DNA of 64,000 bases from Phyllosticta citribraziliensis (taxonomy: Eukaryota), in contig NW_027117339.1 in assembly GCF_038025025.1 (NCBI RefSeq), positions 248,001 through 312,000 of the forward strand. The letters are read 5' to 3'. The position numbers and the translations under genes are program-made. The notes below the pieces were generated by a model, which saw only the letters and a list, made by a program, of their open reading frames with translations, was not told where the DNA came from and made no database searches. This document shows, piece by piece, positions 12,259 through 22,391 of this stretch. The first letter of the stretch is position 1; each line of letters begins with the position of its first letter.

Positions 12259-14166
12259 TTACTCCAGGACAATACTGCGCCTCTCTCTTTCCAACTTGAA
12301 CCATTCTGCCAGGAGAATGATGCCAAAGCCCAAACGACGGAAGACAGCGTCACCTTCTGGTCTCTGTTCAATGGCTATGACATTCATGACATCGGCGCGC
12401 AGCTTCGTGCGCATCGAGTCGTTGAAGGAACTCCATTGCTCTTCAAAAACATTGTCAAATTTATTCAGGTCCTCGTTGAAGTTCCCAAAAAAACCAGAAC
12501 CCGGGAAGCGGCCATAGCGTGAAGTAGCCACTGACAGAGCAAAGAAACAGACGTCTTGTTCCGCCTTGTCCGCATCCGTTTCCAGGTCATCGAAGCCACA
12601 AATTCCGATCCAATGCCCGTCACGATGGATGATGAAGTCGGCTCCCCGCTTGTCCGATTTTTTTCTCGGTCTCAAACTCAACGAGACGATCTGAGAAGCC
12701 GCAAGAAGGCGCCCGGGAAAGGTAGCCAGCGCTCTTTGCTCTTCGGAGAACTCTGCTAAGTATGACGGCTGGGCTTGTGGATCCAGCAGATTGATTCCAC
12801 GGCAAGCCGCCCAGAATTCCTCGTACGACGGCCAGATGACTGCGAAGCCCTCCTCATCTTGGAAGTCTTTCTTGAACTCCTCAAAATCCCGTTTCATGGA
12901 CTGGATATGAGGCGGCTTCATAAACATGCAACCGAGTTGGCAGGCCATGGTCACAAGGTGCATCTGGTTGACGTATCGGTCGGTGAGTCTTCTGGGAACA
13001 ACGAGCTCCTCCTTGGGTATTCTTGGTTTTGGATACACCATGCATGCGTTTCCATGTGCATCCACGTCAATAAAGACCCAGGATGCAACCGAGATGACTG
13101 GTTGGTTGAAAGAAAACGAAACATGTTTTACGGTTGAAGCCCAGGACCAGCTGGGAAAAGAAGACCTCCTTACTTTACGATGCGCGTGGTTTGCAAATAG
13201 GCGTGTCGGGGCCCAGCATACTGCGCCGTCGAAATCGATCATTGGTAAACCAAACTTGTGGTGCCCGAACAGGTGATTACAAGCCCCAGAAAACGCATTG
13301 ATGGCATCTTTCGGGTCGCTCAGAGCCCGGCTGGTGTACTTTTCGATCGCCTCCCTGTAGTCGATCGCGCCATGAAATGCGGAGTAGTCGCTGGCAAGGT
13401 AGCGATTGGTCGTTGTCTGCAACCCTATATCCCGTTCATCTTCAAGGAGGGCGTCTTGTGCAGTGAACAAAATCAGTCGACGGGAAAGTATCGCTTCTTG
13501 GAACGTCCAGCCGCGCTTGGCCCATATTGAAGCCCTCAAAAAGTACACCCTCATCCCGTCCTCCCCCATTTTCAGTGGGAGACGACTGGAAACGCCGTGG
13601 AGACCATGTGCCACACTGGTTCCCTCCACTGCTGCCAGGGTAACAACGGCGTGGTGGTAAATTTCTCCCATCTTTTCGATTTGTGCCTGCTTTTCTCGCT
13701 GTGGGCTGCCGCTGTCGTCGTCCTGGAGGATACAGAGCCTGTCGACCCAAAGATACCTTTGGCCAAGATGTTGGCATGCGGTCATGGCGTCTTGGATTGT
13801 GGCTGGCACCATTGAACCAGCAAGACTGTTGTCTTGTTGCAGTTCATCGATGTTGCTCGATGAAGCTAAAAGATCTTCGCCTCGGTCACCCCAGACGTAG
13901 CTCAAACAAACGTAATCGAACGGTTGTGACGGCGCCGGAACGACTTTCTTGTCCATCACGTCAACAAGCCGGAATCCTGGAGGCGGTTGACGCAACGGAG
14001 GGATGGCGGGCGCGTGATCGAGCCATGATCTAACATTCTTCCAATTGATCATTGGTTCATGATCTTCAAGGATCGGTTCCTCTCTAGAGCTATAGATATG
14101 GACGTCTTGCATATAGCGGTTGCCATCTTGATCTTCGTACTTACGATCCGAGGAAGGGTCCTGCAT
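12259..14166 (-). CDS. Heterokaryon incompatibility (HET) domain protein, copy 1 (intact, 635 aa)
   Basis: HET motifs RLVDV...YVCLSYVWG, VPATIQDAM...LGQRYLWVDRLCILQDD, QIEKMGEIYHHAVVTLAA, WAKRGWTFQEAILSRR. Downstream YTSRALSDPKDAINAFSG, FPSWSW and FRRLG motifs are typical of stand-alone HET proteins. Confidence 0.93.
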   Translation of the reverse strand: MQDPSSDRKYEDQDGNRYMQDVHIYSSREEPILEDHEPMINWKNVRSWLDHAPAIPPLRQPPPGFRLVDVMDKKVVPAPSQPFDYVCLSYVWGDRGEDLLASSSNIDELQQDNSLAGSMVPATIQDAMTACQHLGQRYLWVDRLCILQDDDSGSPQREKQAQIEKMGEIYHHAVVTLAAVEGTSVAHGLHGVSSRLPLKMGEDGMRVYFLRASIWAKRGWTFQEAILSRRLILFTAQDALLEDERDIGLQTTTNRYLASDYSAFHGAIDYREAIEKYTSRALSDPKDAINAFSGACNHLFGHHKFGLPMIDFDGAVCWAPTRLFANHAHRKVRRSSFPSWSWASTVKHVSFSFNQPVISVASWVFIDVDAHGNACMVYPKPRIPKEELVVPRRLTDRYVNQMHLVTMACQLGCMFMKPPHIQSMKRDFEEFKKDFQDEEGFAVIWPSYEEFWAACRGINLLDPQAQPSYLAEFSEEQRALATFPGRLLAASQIVSLSLRPRKKSDKRGADFIIHRDGHWIGICGFDDLETDADKAEQDVCFFALSVATSRYGRFPGSGFFGNFNEDLNKFDNVFEEQWSSFNDSMRTKLRADVMNVIAIEQRPEGDAVFRRLGFGIILLAEWFKLERERRSIVLE

Positions 14167-14634
14167 GACTTCTCGGGCAAGGAGTGGAAGGTCATAGACA
14201 AAATGGGGACGAGGATAGAGGGATCAGAAGAAGGACGCTCTCCCCCTGATGGCCGTACAGGAATGACGATGGTTGGCGCTTGTGCGCGCTGCAAGAAATG
14301 CCTGACCAATCATATCGCGCCACAGAACGACAGCTGAACTGCGGGGCAAGAAGACGCTGTGATGTCCTCAACAAATAGAGAAGAAAGAAAAGTTTTGCCA
14401 GATGAACGACGAGCTCCGCATGTTCGATCTGAGCCTCCAAGTGACTCAATTCCCAAGAATGGTATTGTATATTTGAAGCGTCGGTTTTTCGATTGAAATG
14501 CCAAAACAAGTTGCTGAGCAGGAAGGAGAAGGCTTGGCCGGTCGCTCGCGTGAAGTGTTGATGCGTCAGTGCTTGATTTAAGGTTGCCGTCGCTTCTTCT
14601 TCTCTTGGATTTCCCACCACTTCATCTGATGGTC

Positions 14635-16386
14635 CTACTCGAGCACAATGCTACACTGCTTTCGATTTACCTTGATCCATTCCCCAAGAACGATGATACC
14701 AAGGCCGATCCGACGGAAGACGCCTTTTTCCTGTGTTTCTTCGATGACCATGACGATGATGGGTTCTGTCTCCGGGTTTGAAGGGTTTCCGCTGTGGAAA
14801 ACACACCACTCTTCCCCAAATATCCCGTCAAGGACACTGCTGTAAGCAAAGTGCTCAGCCAGATAGGCGATTCGGGTGATCGAAAGCGCTAGGAATTGTC
14901 TCTCTTTCAGCATCTCCTGTTGCCTGCATCCCAGATCGTCAAAGTAGCCGAACCCAACAGGCTGGGCCGCATGGTAAATGATGTAGTCGCTTCGTTCTCC
15001 TGGCTTTTCAGAAGATGGGAAAGTGGTCAGGGACGTCTTCTGAGAAAGAGCAAGTACACGCCCGGGCGTGTTGGCGAGTTCCCTCTTTTGCTTGGAGAAC
15101 TCGTCGAAAAAGAGCGGAAGCTCAGGTTCCGAAACATTAATTCCACGGCAGGCCTCCCAGAATTTTTCATACGAAGGCCATGTGGTTTTGAACCCCCTCT
15201 CTTTTTCGAAGGCGAAACAGAAGCTTTCAAAAATGTGTTCCATCTGCCAAATCTCTGGGGGTTCCGTGAACATCAAGCCAGATTTGGCAGCGAAGATGGC
15301 TAGAAACATGTCATGCTTCCCATGCTCTCCTTTGAATGTCCGAGACTGAGGTTTGGGTCTTGGTCCAGCCCGTGGGTGTGTAATGGTGAGGTTTCCCGGC
15401 GCAACCTCCTCGACGAAAGCCCAAGAAGCAACGGAGATAACACAGAAATGATGGATCAATGAGGCTTTGCCTTTAATGGATACCCATGACCAGGTTGGAA
15501 AGGTAGGAACCCCCTCAGAAAGTCGTCTTTCTCTTTTGTCGAACATTGTGACCCACGCCATGGCTTCATCGAACCCGCTTATTGGCAAACAGAAACGGTG
15601 AGCTCCAAAAAGATAAGAGCAAGCACCAGCAAACGCAATCACAGCATCTTTCTGGTCACCCAAGTCCCGTTTGGTATAGTCTTGGATGGCGTCGCCATAT
15701 CCTTTGCCGAAGGATTTAGGCAGTGAATCGTGATCCATGAACTTCCTATGTTCAAGAAGCTCATGGGGTCCGCTGAAGACAATGAGTCGACGAGAGAGCA
15801 CTGCTTCCTGGTAGGTCCAGCCACGCGTCGCCCACTTCGATTCTTCCCAGGCATGTAGACCGCGACAAAAATGACCGGGAAGTGGCCCCTCAAGTCCGTG
15901 ATGTGCATCTGAACCCGTGGCCGCTGCAATGGTGACGACCGCGTGCTGATAAATTCTGCCCATGCTCTCAATCTGTGCCTGCTTCTGTCCATGGATGCCA
16001 ACATCGTCCTGGACAATGCAGAATCTATCCACCCAAAGATATCTTTGATTGAGGTCACGACAGACAGACATGGCGTCTCATATAGTTGCAGGAACTCTTG
16101 TGTCATTAAGACTCCCATTCTCTTAAAGTTTTCCAATGTTTTCCAATATTGCCAGCAGCTCTCCTTTTCTCTGCTCGCCCCAGACATAGCTCAAGCAGAC
16201 ATAGTTAAATGGCTCTTGCGGCGCATCAATGATGCATTTATCCTCCACGTCGATTAGGCGAAGCCCACGGGGCAGTGGCATTAGGGACTGGACAGAGGTA
16301 CCACATTGTACCCAGAATTTGACCTGTTTCCATCGGATCTCTCCCGCTTTTGGGTGGACAAATCGACTAAAGGGATTTTTGTTCAT
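14635..16386 (-). pseudogene. HET domain protein, copy 2, interrupted by two in-frame stop codons
   Basis: ORFs 16123-16386 (RLIDV...YVCLSYVWG) and 14635-16071 (RYLWVDRFCIVQDD...WATRGWTYQEAVLSRR...SIVLE*) are in the same frame. The bridge reads NIGKL*ENGSLNDTRVPATI*DAM (TAA 16123-16125, TGA 16078-16080) and aligns without gaps to copy 1 NIDELQQDNSLAGSMVPATIQDAM. Confidence 0.85.
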
Positions 16387-16450
16387 TACAAGAAGCTGAT
16401 AGGACTCGTAGAAAGGTGTAAGCTCCCATAGAAAGACAACCGATGGGGTT

Positions 16451-16469
16451 GGGGGGGGGGGGGGGGGGG
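16451..16469 (+). repeat. Poly-G tract (G19, flanked by further G runs) just upstream of HET copy 2
   Basis: GGGGTT-G19-AGGAGGGG read directly, about 65 nt upstream of the minus-strand ATG at 16386. Confidence 0.9.
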
Positions 16470-16679
16470 AGGAGGGGCACGGTTCTTCAGTTCTTGATAT
16501 GAACTACCGAATGTGCCCCACACCAACCGTAAAATATTTTGGGGCCGAGCACTAAGCGGTCAAGAACACGTCAGTAAGTAATGAAAACGTACAACGCAAA
16601 TTTCATCGAAAAGGAAACTCACTGGAAGGCCGCGGGTGGTTGGACAGGTTTCTGCTCCGCTATAACGCCCTGCCCATGT

Positions 16680-18428
16680 CTACTCCGCATCCTCAGGCAC
16701 CAGATCCGTCCTAGAGTTGAACAAGTCATCGGTGTCCCTCCTCTCATCCTCGCTCACAACCAAGCCCGCAGTCTTGGGCGTTGCAATGCCGCTGTCAAGC
16801 GTGACTTCATCCCCACTCTGCGCACCGCGCGGCGAGAGCATTCCATCCACGGGCACGACGTCCAATTCCCGCTGCTGAATCTCGCCGTAGCGGACGCGCC
16901 GCTTCCCAAGGACGCCGAGCAGGCGCGGGACTCCGTCGTTGCTGCCGCCGGCAGCGGTGAGGGGCGACTGGAAAGCTCGCGCCAGCTCGAGCGGGCTCAT
17001 GGAGGCGGTGCGGCCCATGTGGTGGAAGCCGACGAACAGAGGGCAGACGACGATGGCATTGGCGACGATGACGGCCAAGGCGGCAGCGAAGTATTGATAG
17101 TGCGACTGATACACGACGCGGTCGAACGTGTCGGTGCTGTTGGCCGTCTGCGTCGTGCTGGCGTTGCTGGCGGCGACCGCGGTGCGGAACATGAGCTCCC
17201 GCGCGGTGCTAATAATGTCGGGCGTGGGATCTGCCCATGTGGTTTTGGGCCCGTTGTTGTCGCTCGACGTGAGGTACGTGTTGCCGAATGTGCCGTCGTT
17301 GGCGATGTACCAGAGGTCGATTTCGGGGTGGTCTGCGTCGCTGTTACCCAGGATGGTGACGGTGCTGTTGAAGAGCTGTCTGAGGGCGTCGAATATGCCG
17401 CCGATCTCAGTCTTGTCTGTTTTCTCCTTGATTTGTATTGTGTCGTTTTCTCCTGCTGGTTGCAGTGTGACTGTGCTGTTCGACAGGACAACAGGATACG
17501 TCACGCGTGCCGGCCGCAGGGTGCAGTTGACCTGAGTGAGATTCCCAAGCGACGCCTCGTCTTCTTTGTACTCTGCGTAGATGGCAATCGGGAACGCATC
17601 ATCGGCAACCACTGGGATGGCAATCTTGACGTATCCAAGCACAGTAGAGGGAATTGACCACTTTTTCCCGTCGTCAGGGATGGAAAGGTTGTAAGGCGTT
17701 TTGCCTCGCTGGCAATTGACGTCAAAGCCCTCGGCTTCGAGATTCGTGCTGCAAGTCCCGCGGCATCCAGTATGGTTTAGTTTGATGTCACTTCTTGCTG
17801 TGTAGCCCTGGAGGACCTGCGAAAAATTCCGTTGGTAGAGACCGGTAAAATCGAGGTAGCCGAGTCCTCCTTCGTCGTATTCCGAAAACCCCCAGGATGT
17901 TGAGAATCCGCTTGGAAGAAAGTCGGTAGACAGTGCCGCTGTCGTCAACGTCGTTTTGTGATAAGACCTAGTCACGACGGTCGACGCTTGCTGCAGAAGC
18001 GGACCATCAATGATGATGACGGAGGAGATGATGGATGCCAGCGCCACGAGGTTGAAATTTCGTCCCGAGAAGACTGACGCCTGCAAGCTGGACCCAAAAA
18101 CCCAAGCGTGATGTAGCTCTTGCAGAGTGGTCCCCTTCAACGCGCGGTCCCACCATGTGACGGACACCGCCTGTGAGAGTGAAAACCGCAAAAAGGTGTT
18201 TGCGCAGGCGGCTAGTACTGAAAGGAACACCGAAGGTTGCGCGCGATACAATGCTGCTGACGGCCAAGTGTTGATTTCTTTTCCATCAGAGTTCCAAAGC
18301 ACCACGGCACTTAGAGCCATGGAAATAATGCCAAGGAAGAGAGACAAGAGTCCAAAAGGTATCCTCCGAAGCCACCCAGGTTGCCAAGGCTTGCCGTTGG
18401 GAATTGCATCGTAATTACTGCCTTTCAT
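16680..18428 (-). CDS. Conserved fungal multi-pass membrane protein, DUF3176-like
   Basis: Intronless ORF (alternative upstream start 18512). Three N-terminal hydrophobic segments with SDGK..W, QPSVFLSVL, SLSQAVSVTWW and DGPLLQQAS motifs, an N-glycosylation-rich luminal region with CRGTC, a C-terminal TM followed by GFHHMGRTASMSPLELARAF and RVRYG. The family name is from memory of the pattern. Confidence 0.7.
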   Translation of the reverse strand: MKGSNYDAIPNGKPWQPGWLRRIPFGLLSLFLGIISMALSAVVLWNSDGKEINTWPSAALYRAQPSVFLSVLAACANTFLRFSLSQAVSVTWWDRALKGTTLQELHHAWVFGSSLQASVFSGRNFNLVALASIISSVIIIDGPLLQQASTVVTRSYHKTTLTTAALSTDFLPSGFSTSWGFSEYDEGGLGYLDFTGLYQRNFSQVLQGYTARSDIKLNHTGCRGTCSTNLEAEGFDVNCQRGKTPYNLSIPDDGKKWSIPSTVLGYVKIAIPVVADDAFPIAIYAEYKEDEASLGNLTQVNCTLRPARVTYPVVLSNSTVTLQPAGENDTIQIKEKTDKTEIGGIFDALRQLFNSTVTILGNSDADHPEIDLWYIANDGTFGNTYLTSSDNNGPKTTWADPTPDIISTARELMFRTAVAASNASTTQTANSTDTFDRVVYQSHYQYFAAALAVIVANAIVVCPLFVGFHHMGRTASMSPLELARAFQSPLTAAGGSNDGVPRLLGVLGKRRVRYGEIQQRELDVVPVDGMLSPRGAQSGDEVTLDSGIATPKTAGLVVSEDERRDTDDLFNSRTDLVPEDAE

Positions 18429-19016
18429 GGTCGGAAGAGGGATCAAGGAGAGTGGAGTGGTATCCGAAGGCTGCAGACGGTAGCTCGATATATAGGTACG
18501 CCTGTTGCCCAACCTGCAGTTAGAGGGACGGTCGTCGAGAGCTACAACCTCGATGCTCGAAATTTAGACGTAGCCGAGAGCACGAGGATGCTGACGAGCT
18601 CAGCTTTCAAAGCACAGTCGTTTGTGTAACTGCCTTTGGAATTGATGCGTGACAGATCACTTTCGGTCCCAGCACCGATTTTGGCCCCCACCATATCTCC
18701 ACGAGAGATCAGTCGAGCAAACATTCAACGGGCAATGATCTGAGGAATTAAACTTTGTTCCTGGTCGGCTCGGCTCGCTCGCCACTGTTCCACAAGCGCA
18801 AAGCATTGGGGGCCAGAGCCTATTTTGAGGAACCTCTTTTCAGAGCCAGGTAGTGACAGCGAGTCGTCGCGAAGTGTTCATCAGTCGGGAAAGGAAATGA
18901 TGGCCATCATCAAATACCGTTCAAAGATTCTAGAGTTGTATTTTTCTCATAATGTCGTCCGTCTATACTGGTTTGACTTGCGCCATTGCCGTTCTATGTC
19001 TATCGTTTTTTAAAGA

Positions 19017-20036
19017 TTACTGGAGAAGCTGCTCGCGTTCCGTCTTCGATATACCCAGGAGATACAAGACATCCAGGAGGGTCTCGGAGTTGATTCTAGT
19101 AGGGGCTTCCAACTGCACCTTTGGCTTTGCGCAGAAAGCCACACCGAGGCCAGCAACGCCCATCATGGGGAGGTCGTTGGCGCCGTCGCCGACGCAAAAC
19201 ACCTGCTCGAGCAGAATGCCCTCCTTGGCGGCAATCTCCCGGACGTGCTGGCGCTTGCGCTCAGCGTGGACAATCTCGCCCGTCAGCTCGCCGGTGAGCG
19301 TCTGCCCGTCCTCGGCGACGACGAGGTGGTTGGCAAAGGCATAGTCCAGGCCCAGCTGCTGGGCGAACCAGCCCGTCACCGGCGTGAAGCCGCCGCTCAA
19401 CACGGCCGTCTTGTAGCCCAGCCTCTTGAGCGCCTTGATCAGATCGACCGCGCCCGGCGTCGGCGTAATCAACTTCCTAATGTTGTCCCACACGCTGACG
19501 GGCACGCCCTTGAGCAGGCCGCAACGCTTGCGCAACGACTGCTCAAAGTCGAGCTCGCCGTTCATGGCCGCTTCCGTGATGGCCGACACGGCGTCCTCGA
19601 CGCCAATGTGGCGCGCAATTTCGTCAATGACTTCTTGCTGGATGAGGGTCGAGTCCATGTCGAAGACGGCGAGGCGCTTGTGCCGCCGGTAGACGGAGTC
19701 GTTTTGGAAGACGGCCTCGACGTTCCATTTTTGCTCAAAGGCCGCGATATCGGCATTCTTCCGCAACGAAAGCAACGTGGATTCGGCTGGGAGGGCAATG
19801 GAGACTTCCAGGACGCGTGGCGACAGTTCAGAGTCGAGCGGTCTTTGCTGGGTGGTGGTCTGGTCGAAGCCGGGCAGGACGGAGCTCAAGGTTTGGAAAA
19901 AGTCGGCGAGGCATTGCTGCGAAATGTAGGACGCAGTTCCGTTGGTTGTCGAGTCGACAGAGCCGTTGGAGGCGGCTTTGGACCTGGCGAAGAGGGTGGA
20001 AACGACGCGGCGGACGGCGGACGTGGAGGCGGCCAT
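19017..20036 (-). CDS. SER2: Phosphoserine phosphatase (SerB, HAD superfamily)
   Basis: RRHKRLAVFDMDSTLIQQEVIDEIA (HAD motif I), AITEAAMNGELDFEQSL, KTAVLSGGF, LDYAFANHL, VGDGANDLPMMGVAGLGVAFCAKPKV. Confidence 0.96.
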   Translation of the reverse strand: MAASTSAVRRVVSTLFARSKAASNGSVDSTTNGTASYISQQCLADFFQTLSSVLPGFDQTTTQQRPLDSELSPRVLEVSIALPAESTLLSLRKNADIAAFEQKWNVEAVFQNDSVYRRHKRLAVFDMDSTLIQQEVIDEIARHIGVEDAVSAITEAAMNGELDFEQSLRKRCGLLKGVPVSVWDNIRKLITPTPGAVDLIKALKRLGYKTAVLSGGFTPVTGWFAQQLGLDYAFANHLVVAEDGQTLTGELTGEIVHAERKRQHVREIAAKEGILLEQVFCVGDGANDLPMMGVAGLGVAFCAKPKVQLEAPTRINSETLLDVLYLLGISKTEREQLLQ

Positions 20037-20323
20037 TTTGCGTTTCGTGTCTGGGACTTTGGTAGCAGCAATAAATTCTTGGGACGCCAGCTGCAGCGGA
20101 GCGGGGAGGAATGACGGGAGGGGAGGGGATCATGAACCCAACACAAACGCGCCGGCCGCCAAGCTCCGTCGCACAACGGCACTGGCACAGAGACAGGCAC
20201 GACAGGGTCTGCCCCAGCTCAACCACAGAACGACACCGGACCAAGAATCGCACAACCTCATTCATCCCTCCTTGTGCTCTCTGTGAACCATTGAAGAACA
20301 CAAACCCGCCTCCTCTTGTCACC
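20037..20323. promoter_or_regulatory. Short bidirectional promoter region between SER2 and the SDR gene
   Basis: Divergent ATGs at 20036 (-) and 20324 (+) are only 287 nt apart. Confidence 0.6.
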
Positions 20324-21430
20324 ATGGAAGCCCAGGGCCAAACCGTCCAGAAAACCATCCGCCAGTCGCCTCCGGTGGACCTGACCAAGCCCTACGATGC
20401 CGCTTGGGTCAAGGGCAAACACATTGTCATCACGGGCGGCGCCAGCGGCTTCGGTGCCGCTTTCGTGCAGCGGTGGGCTTCGCAGGGGGCTTCGATCGTC
20501 ATTGGCGACATCGACGCCGAGGCGGGGGAGCAGCTCGTCCAGGAGCTCCGCAAAGAGCTGGGAAACACCAACGTCTGGTTCGTCCGCTGCGACGTGACCA
20601 AATGGCAGGACCAGGTCCAGCTGTTCAAGGAGGCCGTCCGCCTGAGCCCACACGGCGGCATCGACTGCGTCGTCGCCAACGCTGGCATCGCTGGCAAGGA
20701 CATTATGCAAACGCCGGGCGACCTCAGCGCCGACGAACCACCGCCGCCCAACTTCAAGGTCGTCGACGTCAACCTGTACGGCGTGCTCTACACCACGCAC
20801 CTGGCCTGCTACTGGCTCCCGCGCAACCCTGGCTCCAGCCCGTCGTCGCCGCAGACAGACGCCGCGAAGACGGTGCGCGACCGCCACCTGTTGCTGCTGG
20901 GCTCGGTGGCTTCGCTCGCCGGCATAGCAGTGCAGCCGCAGTACGGCGCCGCGAAGCACGCCGTCCTGGGCCTGTTCCGCTCCATTCGCATCTCGTCCTT
21001 CATGCAGGGCATCCGCGTCAACATGCTCTGCCCCTACTTCGTCGCCACGCCCATCCTGATCCGGCCGGCCAAAATCATGCTCGCGGGCGCCGGACTCGGC
21101 AGGGTCAGCGACGTCGTCGAGGCCGGCACGCGCTTCGCCGCCGACGCGAGCATCTGCGGCCGCGCGCTCGTCATTGGCCCGCCCGCAAAGGCCGTCCGCG
21201 CTGAAGACGGCCAGCTGGTGCCGTCGCTGACGCACGAGGGCGACGGCGAGGAGACGGGCATCTGGGAGTGCTATGCCGACGACTTTGCCGCCGTCGACAC
21301 GTGGACCAGGCGCTGGGTCGGCCTGCTGGGCTACATCGAGTCGGCCAGGGGCTGGGTCGGCTGGGCCAAGGACGTGGCTGCGTCGTACTGGGCGCCCACC
21401 GAGCACAAGCAGAACAAGAAGACTGCTTAG
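20324..21430 (+). CDS. Classical short-chain dehydrogenase/reductase (SDR)
   Basis: ATG in CACCATGG context. IVITGGASGFG cofactor motif, CDVT, ANAGI, VNLYG, GS..S and YGAAK (YxxxK) catalytic motif, IRVNMLCP. Confidence 0.93.
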   Translation: MEAQGQTVQKTIRQSPPVDLTKPYDAAWVKGKHIVITGGASGFGAAFVQRWASQGASIVIGDIDAEAGEQLVQELRKELGNTNVWFVRCDVTKWQDQVQLFKEAVRLSPHGGIDCVVANAGIAGKDIMQTPGDLSADEPPPPNFKVVDVNLYGVLYTTHLACYWLPRNPGSSPSSPQTDAAKTVRDRHLLLLGSVASLAGIAVQPQYGAAKHAVLGLFRSIRISSFMQGIRVNMLCPYFVATPILIRPAKIMLAGAGLGRVSDVVEAGTRFAADASICGRALVIGPPAKAVRAEDGQLVPSLTHEGDGEETGIWECYADDFAAVDTWTRRWVGLLGYIESARGWVGWAKDVAASYWAPTEHKQNKKTA

Positions 21431-22391
21431 CAGCACCTTCTGCGGGCAGCAGTCGCCCTAGACGTGGCCCTGCGGCTTTTCTCAGACATTCGGCATCTTT
21501 ACATACTGCATCTATATGAACAGACAAAAGTTGATACAAGGGAAGAGGGGCATACGCCGACATAAAAAGGACCTCCCTCCGCTTCTGACTCTCCTAGATC
21601 TATTTCCTTTCTTTGCATTCAGTAGCATTATCAGACGTACATTTTACACATTCAAGTCAGCGGGCAGATAGATAGCATCAGGTACCCATCCATCACACCT
21701 CAGAGTCATTTCATAAAACCCCGTCAGCATCGTCAAGCCTTTCCTCATCACTCTGCACACCCGCCATCACAATCATCATCCTCAAGATCCCTCAGCTCAA
21801 TCATTAAGGCTTTCCCTGCCCTGCCTGTCTAGGGTATCCATCCGCAGAGTCAAGTCCAGTCCAGTCAAGCTCCTTCGCTCCCTTTCCCGAAACAAACAGA
21901 CAAACCCATCATCCTTTTCCATGCCGCTCGAAGTGCCTTGTTCGTAATGCGTGCTTCCTTGCTTGCTTGACTGACCGACAAACTCAATTACTTTTCCATT
22001 CCTTTTTCAGAGCAGAGCAAACCCAGCGCGTCCCGTCCTTTTGATGCCGTGCCTTCGTCCTGCGCCAGCCGTGCCATGCCATGCAAACCAACCACAGACC
22101 ATGTGGTGAACTGGATGAAAGAGTGGAGAGGGAAGGGCAGGGGAAAGAAGGGAAGGGGAAGGGGAAAGGCCGCACGGTTCTTCCGTGTTGCTGCAGTGAG
22201 GTATGAACGCCTTTCCTTTCAACGCGCCAGTTCCGCTGACGTGTGTGGTGATGTACAATCCGTCCAGTCCAGTCCAGTCCAGTCGAGAGTGCTTTTTAGG
22301 CTCCATGCCGTGGTGCCGTGGTGCCATAGTGCCGTGGTGCCCTGTCGTGCCGATGCAAATCCTCCTAAACCCTCTCTCACTGTTGACCTCA

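Noticed and set aside
12259..16386. RIP triggered by the HET-1/HET-2 duplication itself
   Set aside because: The paralogs look too diverged for classical RIP (which needs about 80% or more nucleotide identity), and copy 1 is intact.
16680..18428. Apparent GC shift between the halves of the DUF3176-like gene, suggesting a chimera
   Set aside because: Similar within-gene GC swings occur in PKH1 and DnaJ here; not quantified.
20258..21436. 392-aa antisense ORF over the SDR (similarly 19245-20114, 16581-17657, 7254-7937, 36674-37597, 38048-39022, 41017-41751)
   Set aside because: Shadow ORFs from strong C/G third-position bias on the real coding strand; no domains, and several start at non-ATG codons.
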